64,000 bases of DNA from Azolla caroliniana (GCA_043228905.1 JBHGNT010000011.1:19654001-19718000), one strand, 5' to 3'; positions 26,361 through 39,047 are shown, counted from the first letter of the stretch. Translations and numbers: made by a program. Notes: generated by a model not told the origin, from the sequence alone.

Positions 26361-26795
26361 CTAGATATACCATTGACTGTGCACACCACTTTTGCTTAAT
26401 ATGAAACTGCATGTTCTTGTTCATCATGGTGTAACCCATCCATGCTGGACTGGTTCTTTTGTTCTGCTACATCGTTTTTCTGCATTGTGTATTGATATGA
26501 ATTGGCAACATATTCTTATCCTTCGGAGGAATGCCCTGAATTCATTTGAAAAGTATTCCCCGCTACCATCAGATCGAATGCATCAAATCTTTCAGCCAGT
26601 CGCATTCTTGACAAGAGTCTTGAATTTGTGGAGTGGAAGTGTGAGAATACTCTATAGAACCTGAATCACATGGATAGGTAACTACATCAACTTTGAAGTA
26701 ATCATTATTCTGGCATTAATGATGCATAGCCACAATACTTGTGTATCATCAATTTTGTTGTGTATAACCAAAGCTAACAGGCCGCCACTGTCCAC

Positions 26796-27876
26796 ATACG
26801 AGTATGCTGAGTGAATCAATTGGCTGAATACCAAGTAAGACATCTACTGCTGTAGTTTTAGGTTAAACAAAGGATGACATGGGTGTTTATATGCAAGAAT
26901 ATAAGTTGAAAGAACTTTAAGGGGTTGCAATGTGCATTCACAAACTAGAAAAAGGGATAGAAGTCAAATGAATCTATTAAAGTGTTTTGAAAAATAGTAT
27001 GACAATAAAATGCACCGTATAACAGAAGCAGCAGATTGCTAGGAAATGCATATTGAGAACATGCATAGAGAAGAAAGTGTTGCTCAAAAGACGTTCAGAA
27101 AATCCACCTCACACACAAACTAAAGCATACAATATCTGATTGGGACGGGGAGGACTCTCTTTCACCATTACTGCCTGCCTGCACGAAAGGAAAGCAGCTA
27201 ATCTCAGAATTTTTTTGAGGTGGTGGTAGTGTTCGGTGGCGAAGAAAGTGGTTCATGGTGATATTCTTATTCATCATTTATAAAAGGATCCTCCATAAGA
27301 GGATTATCATATGCAGTATAACTATGTAACCGGGCGGAGAAGGCAGTTGAAGCTAGATTTTCATCTGTCGCTGCTTCTTTCTGTCGTCGAAGAACGGCGA
27401 CTTCCCCTACGAGATAGGTCTGTATCAGTTTGTGTTTCGGCATCAGTTGGCCTTTCTTCAGTTTGTGTTTCGACATTGTTGTTTTGATCAACGGGAGGTA
27501 CAAGAACCTCATCAGCACTGTCAGTGGTAAGAAGATTTGTATTTTCCACGTAAACCTGTTGGGAGGTATAATATCACTGTCACTCTCACTACTATTGGTT
27601 AATAGCGATGGACAATTTATGACTGAAACTGAATAACTTTCAGGCAGGATATAGAACAGTATGCATTCCGTTGTTTCTAATAGTAGTTATTGGAGGTATA
27701 TCAGATGCAGTAAGATAGGAATTAATTTGTAAATAAATTTCAGTGAGTGTCTGAAATACCCAATAATGATGATTCCCTGCTATAAACACCTATGTCATCC
27801 TTTGTTTAACCTAAAACTACAGCAGTAGATGTCTTACTTGGTATTCAGCCAATTGATTCACTCAGTATACTCGTAT
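26796..27876. repeat. Inverted repeat: 96-bp arms (26796-26891, 27781-27876) with ~890-bp spacer
   Basis: ATACGAGTATGCTGAGTGAATCAATTGGCTG...GGGTGTTTATA is the reverse complement of TATAAACACCTATGTCATCC...CAGTATACTCGTAT with two mismatches. Confidence 0.95.
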
Positions 27877-28479
27877 CCTTAACGCATAGAATTTACTTAC
27901 ACGATAGTTATGGCCAGTTCAATTGGTATCTCTCTTTGTGGTAAAACAAGCCATAGACATTGTGGGTTTAATATGCGTTGATATGAAAATATTGTCCATC
28001 TTGGGTCATGAATTGGGTCTGTATCAACTTTATACTTGTATTCTTCAATGAAAACACTAGAGTAAATTGATCATTGATCGTGTTGTCCTATATAGCTTAC
28101 TTGCTATGATTATTTTAGTTCCTCTATCTCGATTCTTTTTTATCATGTTCTTCAAAATTTTCTAATGAAAAGTCAAAACCAATAGTCTTATAGTTATTGA
28201 GTAGATTTCTGCTCTCCTAAAATAGTGCTCTAATTACTTTTCTCGCAATCTCTAGACATTGCAATATGAAGTATTTACCCTGTATTTTTTGTTTCTTGTG
28301 GCGATTTTTAGTTACGTTTATACAAATCTGAGTGTCACTGTGTATTATTTTTCTTATTCCATTTACCTCTATCATGATTGGAGAAAATTTCTTAAGCTGC
28401 ATGCAAACATATCTGGTGATAGATTCTTTGTGACATGATTTGCAAGGCTATCCTACGCATGGATCTTTACAAGAGCCAT

Positions 28480-28760
28480 GCCATTGTACTGAAATGATAC
28501 CTTACCTCAGTGTGTTTGGCCTTTGGATGAGAGGCTGGTTGCATGCCAACTGTATGGCACATATACCATCACAATGCAATGTTGGCGTCACATACTTACT
28601 CCCCAGTTCCCCCTTTATGCAAATGAGACATACGGCTTCTTTACTGCTATCAGATGCAACAATGCTGTCAGCCTCTTCTGTGGAGAGTGCTACACACCTT
28701 CGTGCATGTGACATCCAAGATACAAAGTTTGGTATTAGTATATATAAGCCCAATGATGAT
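28480..28760 (-). mobile_element. Degenerate Ty1/copia RNase H fragment
   Basis: VSWMSHARRCVALSTEEADSIVASDSSKEAVCL..GELG..PTLHCDGICAIQLACN matches the copia RNase H consensus (SWxSxxQxxVALSTxEAEY..KEAxWL..CDxQSAIxLAxN). Confidence 0.85.
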
Positions 28761-29708
28761 CTTCTGTCATCAAAATTTCCTCTGAGTCTGCAATTTCAAT
28801 CTATTCTGAGTCCCCCGAATTGTTTGCTGCTTAGTATGTTATTGTAACCCCTGAACTGTGTCATATTCTCTTTCTTGGAACTTTAATTTGCATAATCTCC
28901 ATCATATTAAGCATGGCAGGACCTGCAACATTTATTGTGGAACCACATGGGCACACTATAAACAGGAAATAGTATCTTTTAATGTCTACAGAGAATATGT
29001 GAAGTGACAATGTCCATGGCCATGGAATATATCTCATCTGTTCAACTGAAGTTGATAGACATTCTACCCAGGTTTATTGTGGATTCACATGAGCATATGA
29101 GAAACAAAAGAAAGAATATTTATTCATGTCTCAGGAAAATATGCTCAAGTGACAATTTCCATGACTGGGGAAAGTAGCTCATCTATTTGAAAGACAACAG
29201 TAAACATTCTACTCAAAACATGGAGTATAACTGTTGTTGGTGACTAACCGGACGCTATATGCAACCAATGAACAGTGCAGAACAGAGTTGAGATAAAAGA
29301 AGGGTGGCAGTCGGGGCTCATTGCTTGAAGTTCTTAGTTCTTAGTTCTTAGTTCCTTTCTAGTATCCCTAGTTTTGAGTCTAGTTTTTTGTGTCAGGATT
29401 TCTACAGTTTTGACTGATCATTTCCTGTCTTTTGGACAAGAAAAGCATGAAATCATAGAGAACCTTAAGATGATGCTTTCAAACAGCTACAGGTGGTTGA
29501 GCAATGCACATTTTTGCATGATGCACCTGAGAGTAGATAAATCATTAGTATTTAGAGTTGTGAGTTCTGGCTAAACTTGAATTTTGGTTGGACGTGTTGG
29601 TGTTGACTAAAATTGGAATTGGTACCATATATTATTGTTCAACTTCCAATCATCGTGGCCACTAGCAACTGTGTCTTTTGTTGCTACCTAACAATATTAA
29701 ATAGTGTC

Positions 29709-29936
29709 GAAGAAAAAAGTCTCCAATATGCCCCTTTTTTTCTTCTTTTACCTAATTCTCCAAGTTTTCATTATTCCCCAAATGCCCCCTGGATGTGTTG
29801 TTTTGACAATTATATGACCAATTCTTCTGCTTCTATTCTCTGTTGAGGGTTGGCCTGGACATTTAAGGGGAAATGCTGGAAATTTATGGATATTTGGGCA
29901 AATAAAGAAAAAAAAGGGCTATTTCGGGGTTTTCAC
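29709..29936. mobile_element. Degenerate foldback MITE (Mutator-like)
   Basis: GAAAAAAGTCTCCAATATGCCCTTTTTTTCTT...CCCCAAATG pairs imperfectly with CATTTAAGGGGAAATG...AAGAAAAAAAAGGGCTATTTCGGGGTTTTTC. Confidence 0.5.
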
Positions 29937-31644
29937 TAATCTTTGTTTGCTCTAGTTTCTCCCTTTTTGCGGGCATGTAGCAGGATTTATAATATATATT
30001 TTTTCGTCTCTAACATATTGTGTGTGCTGAATTCTGATGCAGGTTCATGTATTTTGTCTCATGAACTTAGGTTCTGTTCCAAGGGGCCCCAAGCCAGTTT
30101 TATCTCAAATTAGACTATTTCCTAAAGGAGCGAAGGAATGTGTTTTGCTGAATACAACTTGCAAATAACTTAATGATACACAAATTGTCTCTCTAGATTC
30201 TTTCAGATTATAATTTTACTTCTGCGTCTTTTCTGAATAAAAGCAACATGACTACAAAGATATTACTCTCTTTTCACAAACTTGTCTCATTCATCTCTTT
30301 GTCAATCACATGGGTGTGGGTACAGTCATTTCATCACGGTTTCAAACTACATTTGTAGAAGAATGTTGTCTAGGTTATATTATTATATGCATGTTATGTC
30401 ATCTTACTGCTAGGCATTCTTCATTAGTTGTAATAAACGAAATGACCCTATGTTTGTTAAAATTAGTTTAGTTCAAATTTGTGCATTATGGAGTATATGC
30501 CTTAAGTGTGTCAGTATTTATTTTTTTGAATGTATTGAATGTGTTTTCTCGCTGCAATGATTGTTGAATGCACCATACAAAAATCTGGTAGAGATTCTAT
30601 GATATTTCATGTGGTTGATTCTGCAATGCTTCTATTACCGATCTCATGAAAATCAATGTTTTCTAGTAGTTGAAACTGTTTTTATTTTTTGTTTTAATTT
30701 AGCATGTGGATTGGTCTCATTCACTCTAGTGTCATGAGAGTGCCAAAAAGTCATCATTGTCGTCAAGTTTGAAATTTTGATGAAATTAATAGAGATATGT
30801 ACCTAGTCTATGGAAAGAGACTCTTTAACAATGTCCTCATAGGTCGAATATGACCTATGTGACCAATCGTATCATATTTTCATATAGTGTATGGAATATT
30901 GAGTGGTTAATATTGATGTTGATTATTGTAGTCAAGAGTGTACATTGTGATTTTAGTGAAAATTACATAGGAGTTCAGTTACATTGATGATGTATTTAAA
31001 GGTATGTGATCATGGTAAGGCATTGTACATTATAATGAATTTTAATGCTAGACTCGAGAACTAGTTTAAAGTGAAGTATACATGATCAATGACTTCTCCT
31101 CACATCCTCACTTAAATTGGGAAAATGAGCTTAGTTGTATGAAATGGCAAGGATGGCATGTAGAATGCATCAAGAGTGTGCTTTCTTGTTTGGAGAAGGT
31201 GGTTTTGTGGTTTGGTGTGACACACATTGTAATGTATGGAATGTGAATGTCCACAAATTTTAGAAGTTGTGATATATTATCATCCTCAAAAAGCATCATT
31301 CATGAGGGAATGTGGACAAATCATATATAAAATGTGATGCACGCCCATCTTCTATATCATTTCATTGCATCTAAATTTGAATTTTATTTTTTGCAATCCT
31401 AAGAAATTGATATGATATTAAATTTAGATTTTTTTTGCAATCCTAAGAAGTTGAAGCATGGGTTTAACATTTTCCATGCCTATTATCTTTAATGGGAAGT
31501 GTCAAAGATGTGTTCTAGAACTCAATTGATTTTTCCTCCATTGCATATGTTTGTTGTCAAATAGATAGTAAGCCCTCTTTTCTACTTCTAAGCAATAAGG
31601 AACATGTTGATTCCGTCTGGATTGGTGAGCATCTCATGCCTGGG

Positions 31645-31646
<2 letters not shown>

Positions 31647-31700
<54 letters not shown>
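31647..31700. repeat. (GA)n microsatellite
   Basis: About 27 GA units, seen directly. Confidence 0.95.
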
Positions 31701-31702
<2 letters not shown>

Positions 31703-33701
31703 ATCAGTTTCCAAACAATAGTAGATCAAATCGCAAGGTTGTTTGTTATATTGACCGACCCCAACAATACCTTCAACCATTACATTTTACAATATCTAAT
31801 TAAGTACCACACATTGTGAGATTTGAACTCGGGTACATGGGTTAATAAATACTTGACTTGAATAGCCTTCAAAAAAGAGTTTTTAAGAAAACAGACTTAC
31901 AAAATAAGCCATTTAAAGAATTACAAGTCACAAAAGCATTATGGTCATAGCCAACATCACAAGCCATCAAAAGGTACCTGAATAATATAAGTCCATATCA
32001 ACGTATCTATGTTAGAACTAGCCCATTCATGGTAATATAAGTCAATGGCCATTGATTAATTAATGACGCACAAGATAATTTATTGCAAGTCATCATAAAG
32101 TGCTATTCTAAAACTACTAGCATATATGACAAGTTAAATATACGTAAGCTACCTCTCTTATATACATATATCTCAATGACAATATGTTTATTTAATGGCA
32201 AAAAGAGTTTTATATCAAAGCGCTGTTGCATTGCCAGCAGATGCACATAACATATTTTCATTCACGCCCCCAATTTCTAATATCCACATCCTCCTGTGCA
32301 AGTAAATGTACCAACAAGTGCTTGTAAATTTCACTATTGATCGATGGATTTTCTACCATTATTGTGTCCATGAGTAGTCTAACCATCCTGCTTGGGGCTG
32401 TCAAACTTAATTCCCTCGTTTTCTGTCTATTCTACCAATTTGCTGATTAAATTGTTGATCTTCTGATTGATGTAAGTTACTGATATTTTGATTGAACTGC
32501 ATATATATTGAATAAAACATTAATCAACGATGAAATCAAAATCCAGAGTATTCAAAGACGAGGGAAAATCACAAAAAAACTTCTTATTCATAATTTATTT
32601 TGTTTATTTTGGGTTTAGAGTCTTTATGCATTTTAGATCATAAAAGAAGTCATTTTGTACTGATTATTACACATAATATGCAAGTAACAGTGGATGGACA
32701 AGAGCATTGGTCAAGTGAGTATGTGAAATGAAGCTTAAGGTAGAAAGACAATGGCCTAATTGGAGATCAAGATCGCTTATGTGTGGTCTATCAATTTGTT
32801 TTTCAATGAGTTTGGAGCAGTAGAATATTTCTCTTATGGAGAGAGAGAGAGAGAGAGGCACCTTGTTTCTTCATGGTCTACATGTTGTTTCATTGACAAG
32901 AGTCATATTGGTCGTTTAATGTGATATCAAATATGCCAGGAGCTTTATCAAGGAACAGAGGAGTAGCTTAAAAGGGAGATAGACAGATGATTGACTTCTT
33001 CAGAGGGTCTACCCAGGTCATAGGTTTGATATCTTACTAGCATCCAAATCGGAATTTTTGAATGACTACCACTATGCATTCTTACACTTCTTACCTCATA
33101 TTTCTCATAGCAGTTAGTATCATATACTGTGATCCATGTCTGATGCATAATGTGAGGAAATGGTAATGGGTAAATGGGTTCCCATACCAGAAACTTCCTT
33201 CCCTTGTTTTTTTCAGGAAAATCGGCATACCTAATGATTTAGTAACAATATTATCACACATAGGTTTTCCCTTAAGAGAAGCACTGACAGTGCACGTTTT
33301 TTTTTACATACATACATGGATGCATGCAGTAGTCATGTCTTTTGCAGTAAGATATAGTCCAGCAGTTATGGCGTAATGATGTAACATGTCCGAATGTACA
33401 CAAATACAGAAACTTTATCATCGCTTTCATCAACATGCATAAAACAAGACAGCATTTAGAACTTCAGCAAATTCTTTCTTACCCAGAACATATGGTTAAT
33501 GCTAAATTTTCCAAGGAGAGAGAATCATCATATTCATACACATGAAAATACAACCATTGAAAGAAACAAAACGTGATTTGCTAATGAGAGATACTGTTTA
33601 AAAGAAAAAAAAGAAAAGCAAACTAATTTTCCGAGAGCAAAGAGAAGGGCACCTTCCGTGTGCGTGTGTTACGTGTCAGTGTTGTGTGCTGAAACCAAAC
33701 A

Positions 33702-33965
33702 CTAATCTGTCTCTCTGATTATTCGCTCCAGGGGTTCAGGCGGGTTCTTGCGGAGGAGAGTCGCTGCTTCCTTCTGCTTCTCGTAGCTGTGCTTCTGCCA
33801 CGCGAGGCCTCCAAGCACAAGCACAAACAAGCCGGTTCCGAAGATCCCAACCCGCAAATTAGGTTTCATGTAGAGTTCAGGATTGACGATGCGGAAGAAG
33901 GGCGAGAGGGGACGGCGCCTCCAAGCATCTCCACCATCGCCATTCCATGAAGGGCCTGCAGCCAT
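33702..33965 (-). CDS. Small integral membrane protein 8-like (SMIM8/DUF4500 family), 87 aa
   Basis: Translation MAAGPSWNGDGGDAWRRRPLSPFFRIVNPELYMKPNLRVGIFGTGLFVLVLGGLAWQKHSYEKQKEAA... The motif FRIVNPELYMKPN followed by one TM helix matches animal SMIM8 (FRAVNPELFIKPN + TM, recalled from memory). The ATG context is good (GCCATGG) and the ORF sits in a GC-rich island. Confidence 0.75.
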   Translation of the reverse strand: MAAGPSWNGDGGDAWRRRPLSPFFRIVNPELYMKPNLRVGIFGTGLFVLVLGGLAWQKHSYEKQKEAATLLRKNPPEPLERIIRETD

Positions 33966-34103
33966 GGCCGTGGTTGGAGCCTGTCTGGGTAGCACAGCGA
34001 CAGAATGGAATGGAATGACAGATAGATGAACTACAACAGATGGGTAGATAGGCAGAGGACATAGCTTGCTTCTTGTTTGTTTCTCTGAAGAAAGAAAAAC
34101 AGA

Positions 34104-34250
34104 GGATTTACAATAATATGGTCGGTTGGTCGGTATGTCCAAGGATTTACGATAATATGGTCGATCGGTCGGTCTGTATGTCCAAGGATTTACGATAATA
34201 TGGTCGGTATGTCCAACGATTTACGATAATATGGTCGGTATGTCCAAGGA
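34104..34250. repeat. Tandem repeat, ~4 units of 31-43 bp, upstream of the SMIM8-like gene
   Basis: Units read GATTTAC(A/G)ATAATATGGTCG...GTATGTCCAA. Confidence 0.9.
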
Positions 34251-34799
34251 TCAACACATTCACCACCCGATCGACACTACCATTGGATCTCTTTTTGTGC
34301 GCACGCTTGAACTGTGCAATGACATGCTAATACTGAATGGTCTTCCCCACACCACAAGCTAGAATGCTATAACTGACATCCCTTCCCTGTCGGTTGTTTT
34401 GATCTGTCATTCCTATTCGATGATGATGAGTACTTCTTCTATATGCAACTATTGTGATAGCTCGCGATGGATCGTTGCATCCGTGGATGGAGTCAGATAT
34501 GGTTGGAATGAGCTTCACACGAGTAGTAGGCTTATAAGAATTAAAAAAACGAGATAGTGTTTTATCACTGACTAGACTGGTGTACATAAAGGGGAAATGG
34601 AGTGAAAGCCATCCATCACCCAAATCATTGCCATCGCAATTCTCTCCTAGATAACCTAATATTTATTAGAGAGTAGAGTAGCCTCTTTAGAGGTCCCCCC
34701 ATTTTACCATATCTCTTCCTCGGCTCAAGTTAGTTTTAGTCTATCTTTATCTTCTCTAGAGTTTACCAAAAGTTGCTTAATGAGATTATTATAGAGATT

Positions 34800-37450
34800 A
34801 CATGTTCATGTTATTCTTTACGTAAACCACGTTTGGTTTTGGTCTCCTTGAAATTTGTATGTTCCACTCCACGTCTTAAATGAAGTTGATGCACAATTTT
34901 CTTAAACTGATTCCAAACAATATTGTATAATCTATTGTTTAACTTTATAATTGCAACTAGTTTAGACTTTAACTTTCTTTTAGAAAATGGAATGATGTAT
35001 TTGACATAACATACATAAGGTACATATTTTATAAGTATTTTGCAAATACAAACTTGGCATTTACAACATTTAGAGCATGAGAGGTATTTAATATGCGCCA
35101 TTATGTTAAACTTACATATATGGAACTTGTACCAATAATGACGTATATGGTGAATTGTGCTCATAACCTAGTGATTAGGAGGATGTGTGATAACAAGATA
35201 TTTTTAGTTCTACGTCTATGTGGAACAACTTACAACATGTTAATATCGTTGAACGGATAGTTATCCATAACCAAGTGATGAGGTTGAGGATGAGGATGTG
35301 TCATAATGACATAACGAACAAATGCATCAAGATATCAAGATATATCACTAGGAGGTAGGAGGTGTGTGGACATGTGAGTTTGAGTGCAAGGGTGCATTTG
35401 ATGGTATTAAGGCCATTGCCTTAAATAATGGCAACAAATATTGTATTGCTTGCATAAAATTGTGATCAATAAGTAGACATGAGCATAATGTAGAAATTGG
35501 TACACCCGATATTTGATTCTAAAAATATGAATTATGGTCTTCACTTTCCATAACCTAAGGGTTATATTGGTTCCATACAACAATGCTAAGAAATGTTCTA
35601 CTCATTCCAATAATTTGAGATCAATAAGTAGGCATGATGTTGGGTCTCAAAAGTGATGAAGCTGATTTAACTTGTGGACATTGTCCATTAGTTAGCAATG
35701 GCCATGACCCATGAAAAATTTGATCACTTAAATGTTGCCCCAAATCTTGTTAATGTTAGTTGATAAAGCTCTCTTTTTCCCATTTATAGAGGTGGGTTTT
35801 TTGTAGCAAATGACAAATTCATCTTACTATTTCCATTCAAATAAACCAATAACTAACTTAACCTACAAACTTTTCAAAAGTTGGGGAAACATGTCACTCA
35901 CATCGTCTTCCATTACTCATTTACATGAACGAAACATGATTGAAAAACTTGTGAATACATATTTGGATTGTAGCTTTGGGGCGATGTACACATGTGCGTG
36001 CTTATGTCTACATATTTTGTAAACCAATGTCTGTTCTTTTCAATGACTTCGCCCAAACTCACAAGAAAGATAGCATGAAAATCATTAAAAAAATGATGCA
36101 CTTTGTTCCATCTAGTTTTAGGTGATATACTTGCATTAAAATAACACAATCATGCATGCATATAAATATATTGTTGACAACTCACTAGATAAACTCAACT
36201 TATAATATCTTTTGCATCGTATACAAACATCGTCTTTACAAGATAATGTTACTATTTCAAACATTGGGTTGTGGACATTGAAGCAATGATCCAATTTTTA
36301 GATAATGCAACTATTGTCAAACATTGGGTTGTGGACATTGAAGCAATGATCCAATTCTTAGATAATGCTACTATTTTCAAACATTGGGTTGTGGAAATTG
36401 AAGCAAGAATTCAATTTTTAAGTGAACTTGTGAATTGGAGCTAAAATTGTGATATTCTCTATACTAAAGGCAAAATATTATACAATTTGTTTAAGACTTG
36501 AGTACACAACATTAAGGTTGCAAAGCAAAAAGCTTTGCCAATACATCATATCCACTCACTCATTAATGGATCAAAAAAGTATCAAGCGTCATCTTTTTAG
36601 TAGATCAAAACCTTAGGTTTGAGTTAACTCCACTCTTTTTTATTGAAGATTTGTAGCAAAGATACTCATCCCAATTAACATGCATTGAATTGGTTGATAT
36701 ATCTAAGATCTCGTTTATAATGTAAAACATCAATAATTTCACATTGAAATTCACCTGAAATGGTTTGCTATTTTAGCTATGGTTTCACTTGTAGTTGATC
36801 ACACAATGTGTTGTTCATGTTTGCAATGCCCTTTTCTTGAGCATCAATTCCTCTCTCTTCTCGTGAATGCATGAAATAAGTGTGTAGCTCTCATACCCAT
36901 ACCATACAATTTCTCCACATTTTAAATTGCCTAAACAATCAATAGGGATGATGTCGTGCTACTTTCAAATTAGCTCAATCCATGACGTAATATTAGTTTG
37001 CTCAATTTATTTTTTTGTTTCTCTATCCCAAGTCACTAATGTAAGGCCATTTCCCTTTATCTCCTCCATCTTAGGTATTGTTAACTTCCTAGGGAAGCAA
37101 GGCGGAGGGAGAGAGTGTTTTTAATGTCCACGAGAAAGTATGAATACCATAGCATCATGATCTCCACTTGTTAAGGAAGAGAATAACTACTCGTTAATGA
37201 AAAGTATGATGCATCAACAAAACTCTCGTCTAGAAAAAGCTTTGTGAAATTTGCATTCATTCAAGAAAACTTTTTGACCTTCGATAGTGGTTAACACATG
37301 ATGGGAGGTAAAAAGATAGAAAAGCTCATTATTCTTCATATGGATGGAGTTCACCAATTTAGTTTATTGTATTAAAACTATATTACCGTCACCATCTTTA
37401 GTTTTTGTAACCTCTCCACGTGTCCACTTACTTTGTAGACTCATTTACGA
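34800..37450 (-). mobile_element. Putative decayed MULE/FAR1-type transposase region
   Basis: The minus strand carries MSTTQ motifs (cf. the FAR1/MULE GMSTTQRSE motif) inside the 60-bp repeat and a Cys-rich CSKCCKCQVCIC segment near 35050. No intact ORF. Boundaries are guessed. Confidence 0.35.
36240..36420. repeat. Tandem repeat, 3 x ~60 bp
   Basis: AGATAATG..ACTATT.TCAAACATTGGGTTGTGGACATTGAAGCAATGATCCAATT occurs three times at ~60-bp period. Confidence 0.95.
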
Positions 37451-38352
37451 TATATTTATTATCTCCTTCTCTTTCATGTTTGAGCTTCCTTCAACTTGGC
37501 TATCTCACGTGAGATATTGGTAAGACAAAGTGCACACATACTTTTGCCACCTTCTATTTTCGCTTAAAACGAGGTACTTATATCACCCCAAACAAAGTAA
37601 ACAAGCACAGAAGTTTCCACTTCATGGAAACACAATCTACTTGCTAGATTATAGGAATTGAAAAACCGATAAACAAGACTTGTAGTTTCGAATTCAATAT
37701 GGTAGATCATGTCAACAATTCCACCAAATTGTGCGATGATGATGGATTGCCATAAGGAAGGTTGGCTATACCACCCCCTCCCCCCTCGGGCATGTTAAGA
37801 AACACAATGACATAGATCGAGAGCCTCACATATATGAATGAAGCAAGCCACTTTCACTTATTTGTTAAATGGATGGATTGATTGAGCAATTGGGAAAGAG
37901 TGGGTGCTAGTTGTTACCGAGTTGTGTCATCGCTAGCACGTAGAGAATCTTAGTACAATGAGAGGATGTACATGTTAAACGATGGTAAGACAGATGAATG
38001 GTATCAGGTAGCTCGAAGAACGATGGACGATATGCATACAACCTACATGTACACGTGCACAAAATGTTGTTTAGTGGATGAGAAAGGAATCGGCAGGGTG
38101 GGAGGTTCAACGCCGGAAAGGAACACGAGCGGGGCGAAGTGGAGGAGGGTATGCTCTTTTAGCTCGAACTCTTGAATGGCACTTAAGTGTCAACATGTTC
38201 TACACACAAACCCTCCTAAAAAAAAAGTCCAAGACACAAACAGACAGAGAGTGGGTGTCAGATATAATCACTCTAACGCCCCCATTTCATAACTCTACTA
38301 TTTACATACACACATTATGTATATGTGTATGCATGTGTATGTGTATGTGTAT

Positions 38353-38424
38353 ATACATACATACATACATACATACATACATACATACATACATACATAC
38401 ATTCATTCATTCATTCATTCATTA
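38353..38424. repeat. Compound (TACA)n(TTCA)n microsatellite
   Basis: Seen directly, upstream of the CIP7-like gene. Confidence 0.9.
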
Positions 38425-39047
38425 ATTCACTTTTCCCTGCCGTTGGGGCCCAAAAGCAGAAAGCGCCCACATGCCCCCAAAGAAAAGCACCAAAAAAAGC
38501 AGCGATGGTGCCTCCTCCTCCTTCCTCTGTTTCTCTGTAGCACTCCTACGCCACTAAGAGTAAACAGTAAACAGTAAACAGTAACAGAGAAGCACGCAAC
38601 CTTCTCCTTCTCCTTCTCCTTCTCCCTGTTTCCTCTCACTCTTTGCTTCAATCCTGCTCATCCTCATGCTCATGCTCATGCTCAAAGCTCTTCCCCCCTT
38701 CCTCCTCCTGTCCACCTCTTTCTGTCCCACCTGTTGGTAGAGAACCCTTTGTGTCTTCTCAGTCTTCTTCTTCTTCTTCTCCGTCTCTCCCTCTCTCTCT
38801 CTCTCTGCATCTCAGCCAACCGATCTTTGTGCTTTTTGATTTCCCAAATCCTTTTTTGAAAGCTCCCACGAACTCAGTATGCAGATCGATCCAGTTGCTT
38901 GAAGGAAGGCCGCGACACTAGTCGTTATCCACCAAATTCCTTCTCCTTCATTTTCATCAGCTTTAGCATCATCGTCACCATCATCTTCTTCTGTCTTTAT
39001 CTCCTGTAACGAAGCTTGAAAGAGCTAGCTGAACAGGAACGGAGGAT

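Noticed and set aside
36240-36420. Regular repeats here and at 52503-52640 as a CRISPR-like array
   Set aside because: They are head-to-tail tandem units without unique spacers, in a eukaryotic context with no cas genes.
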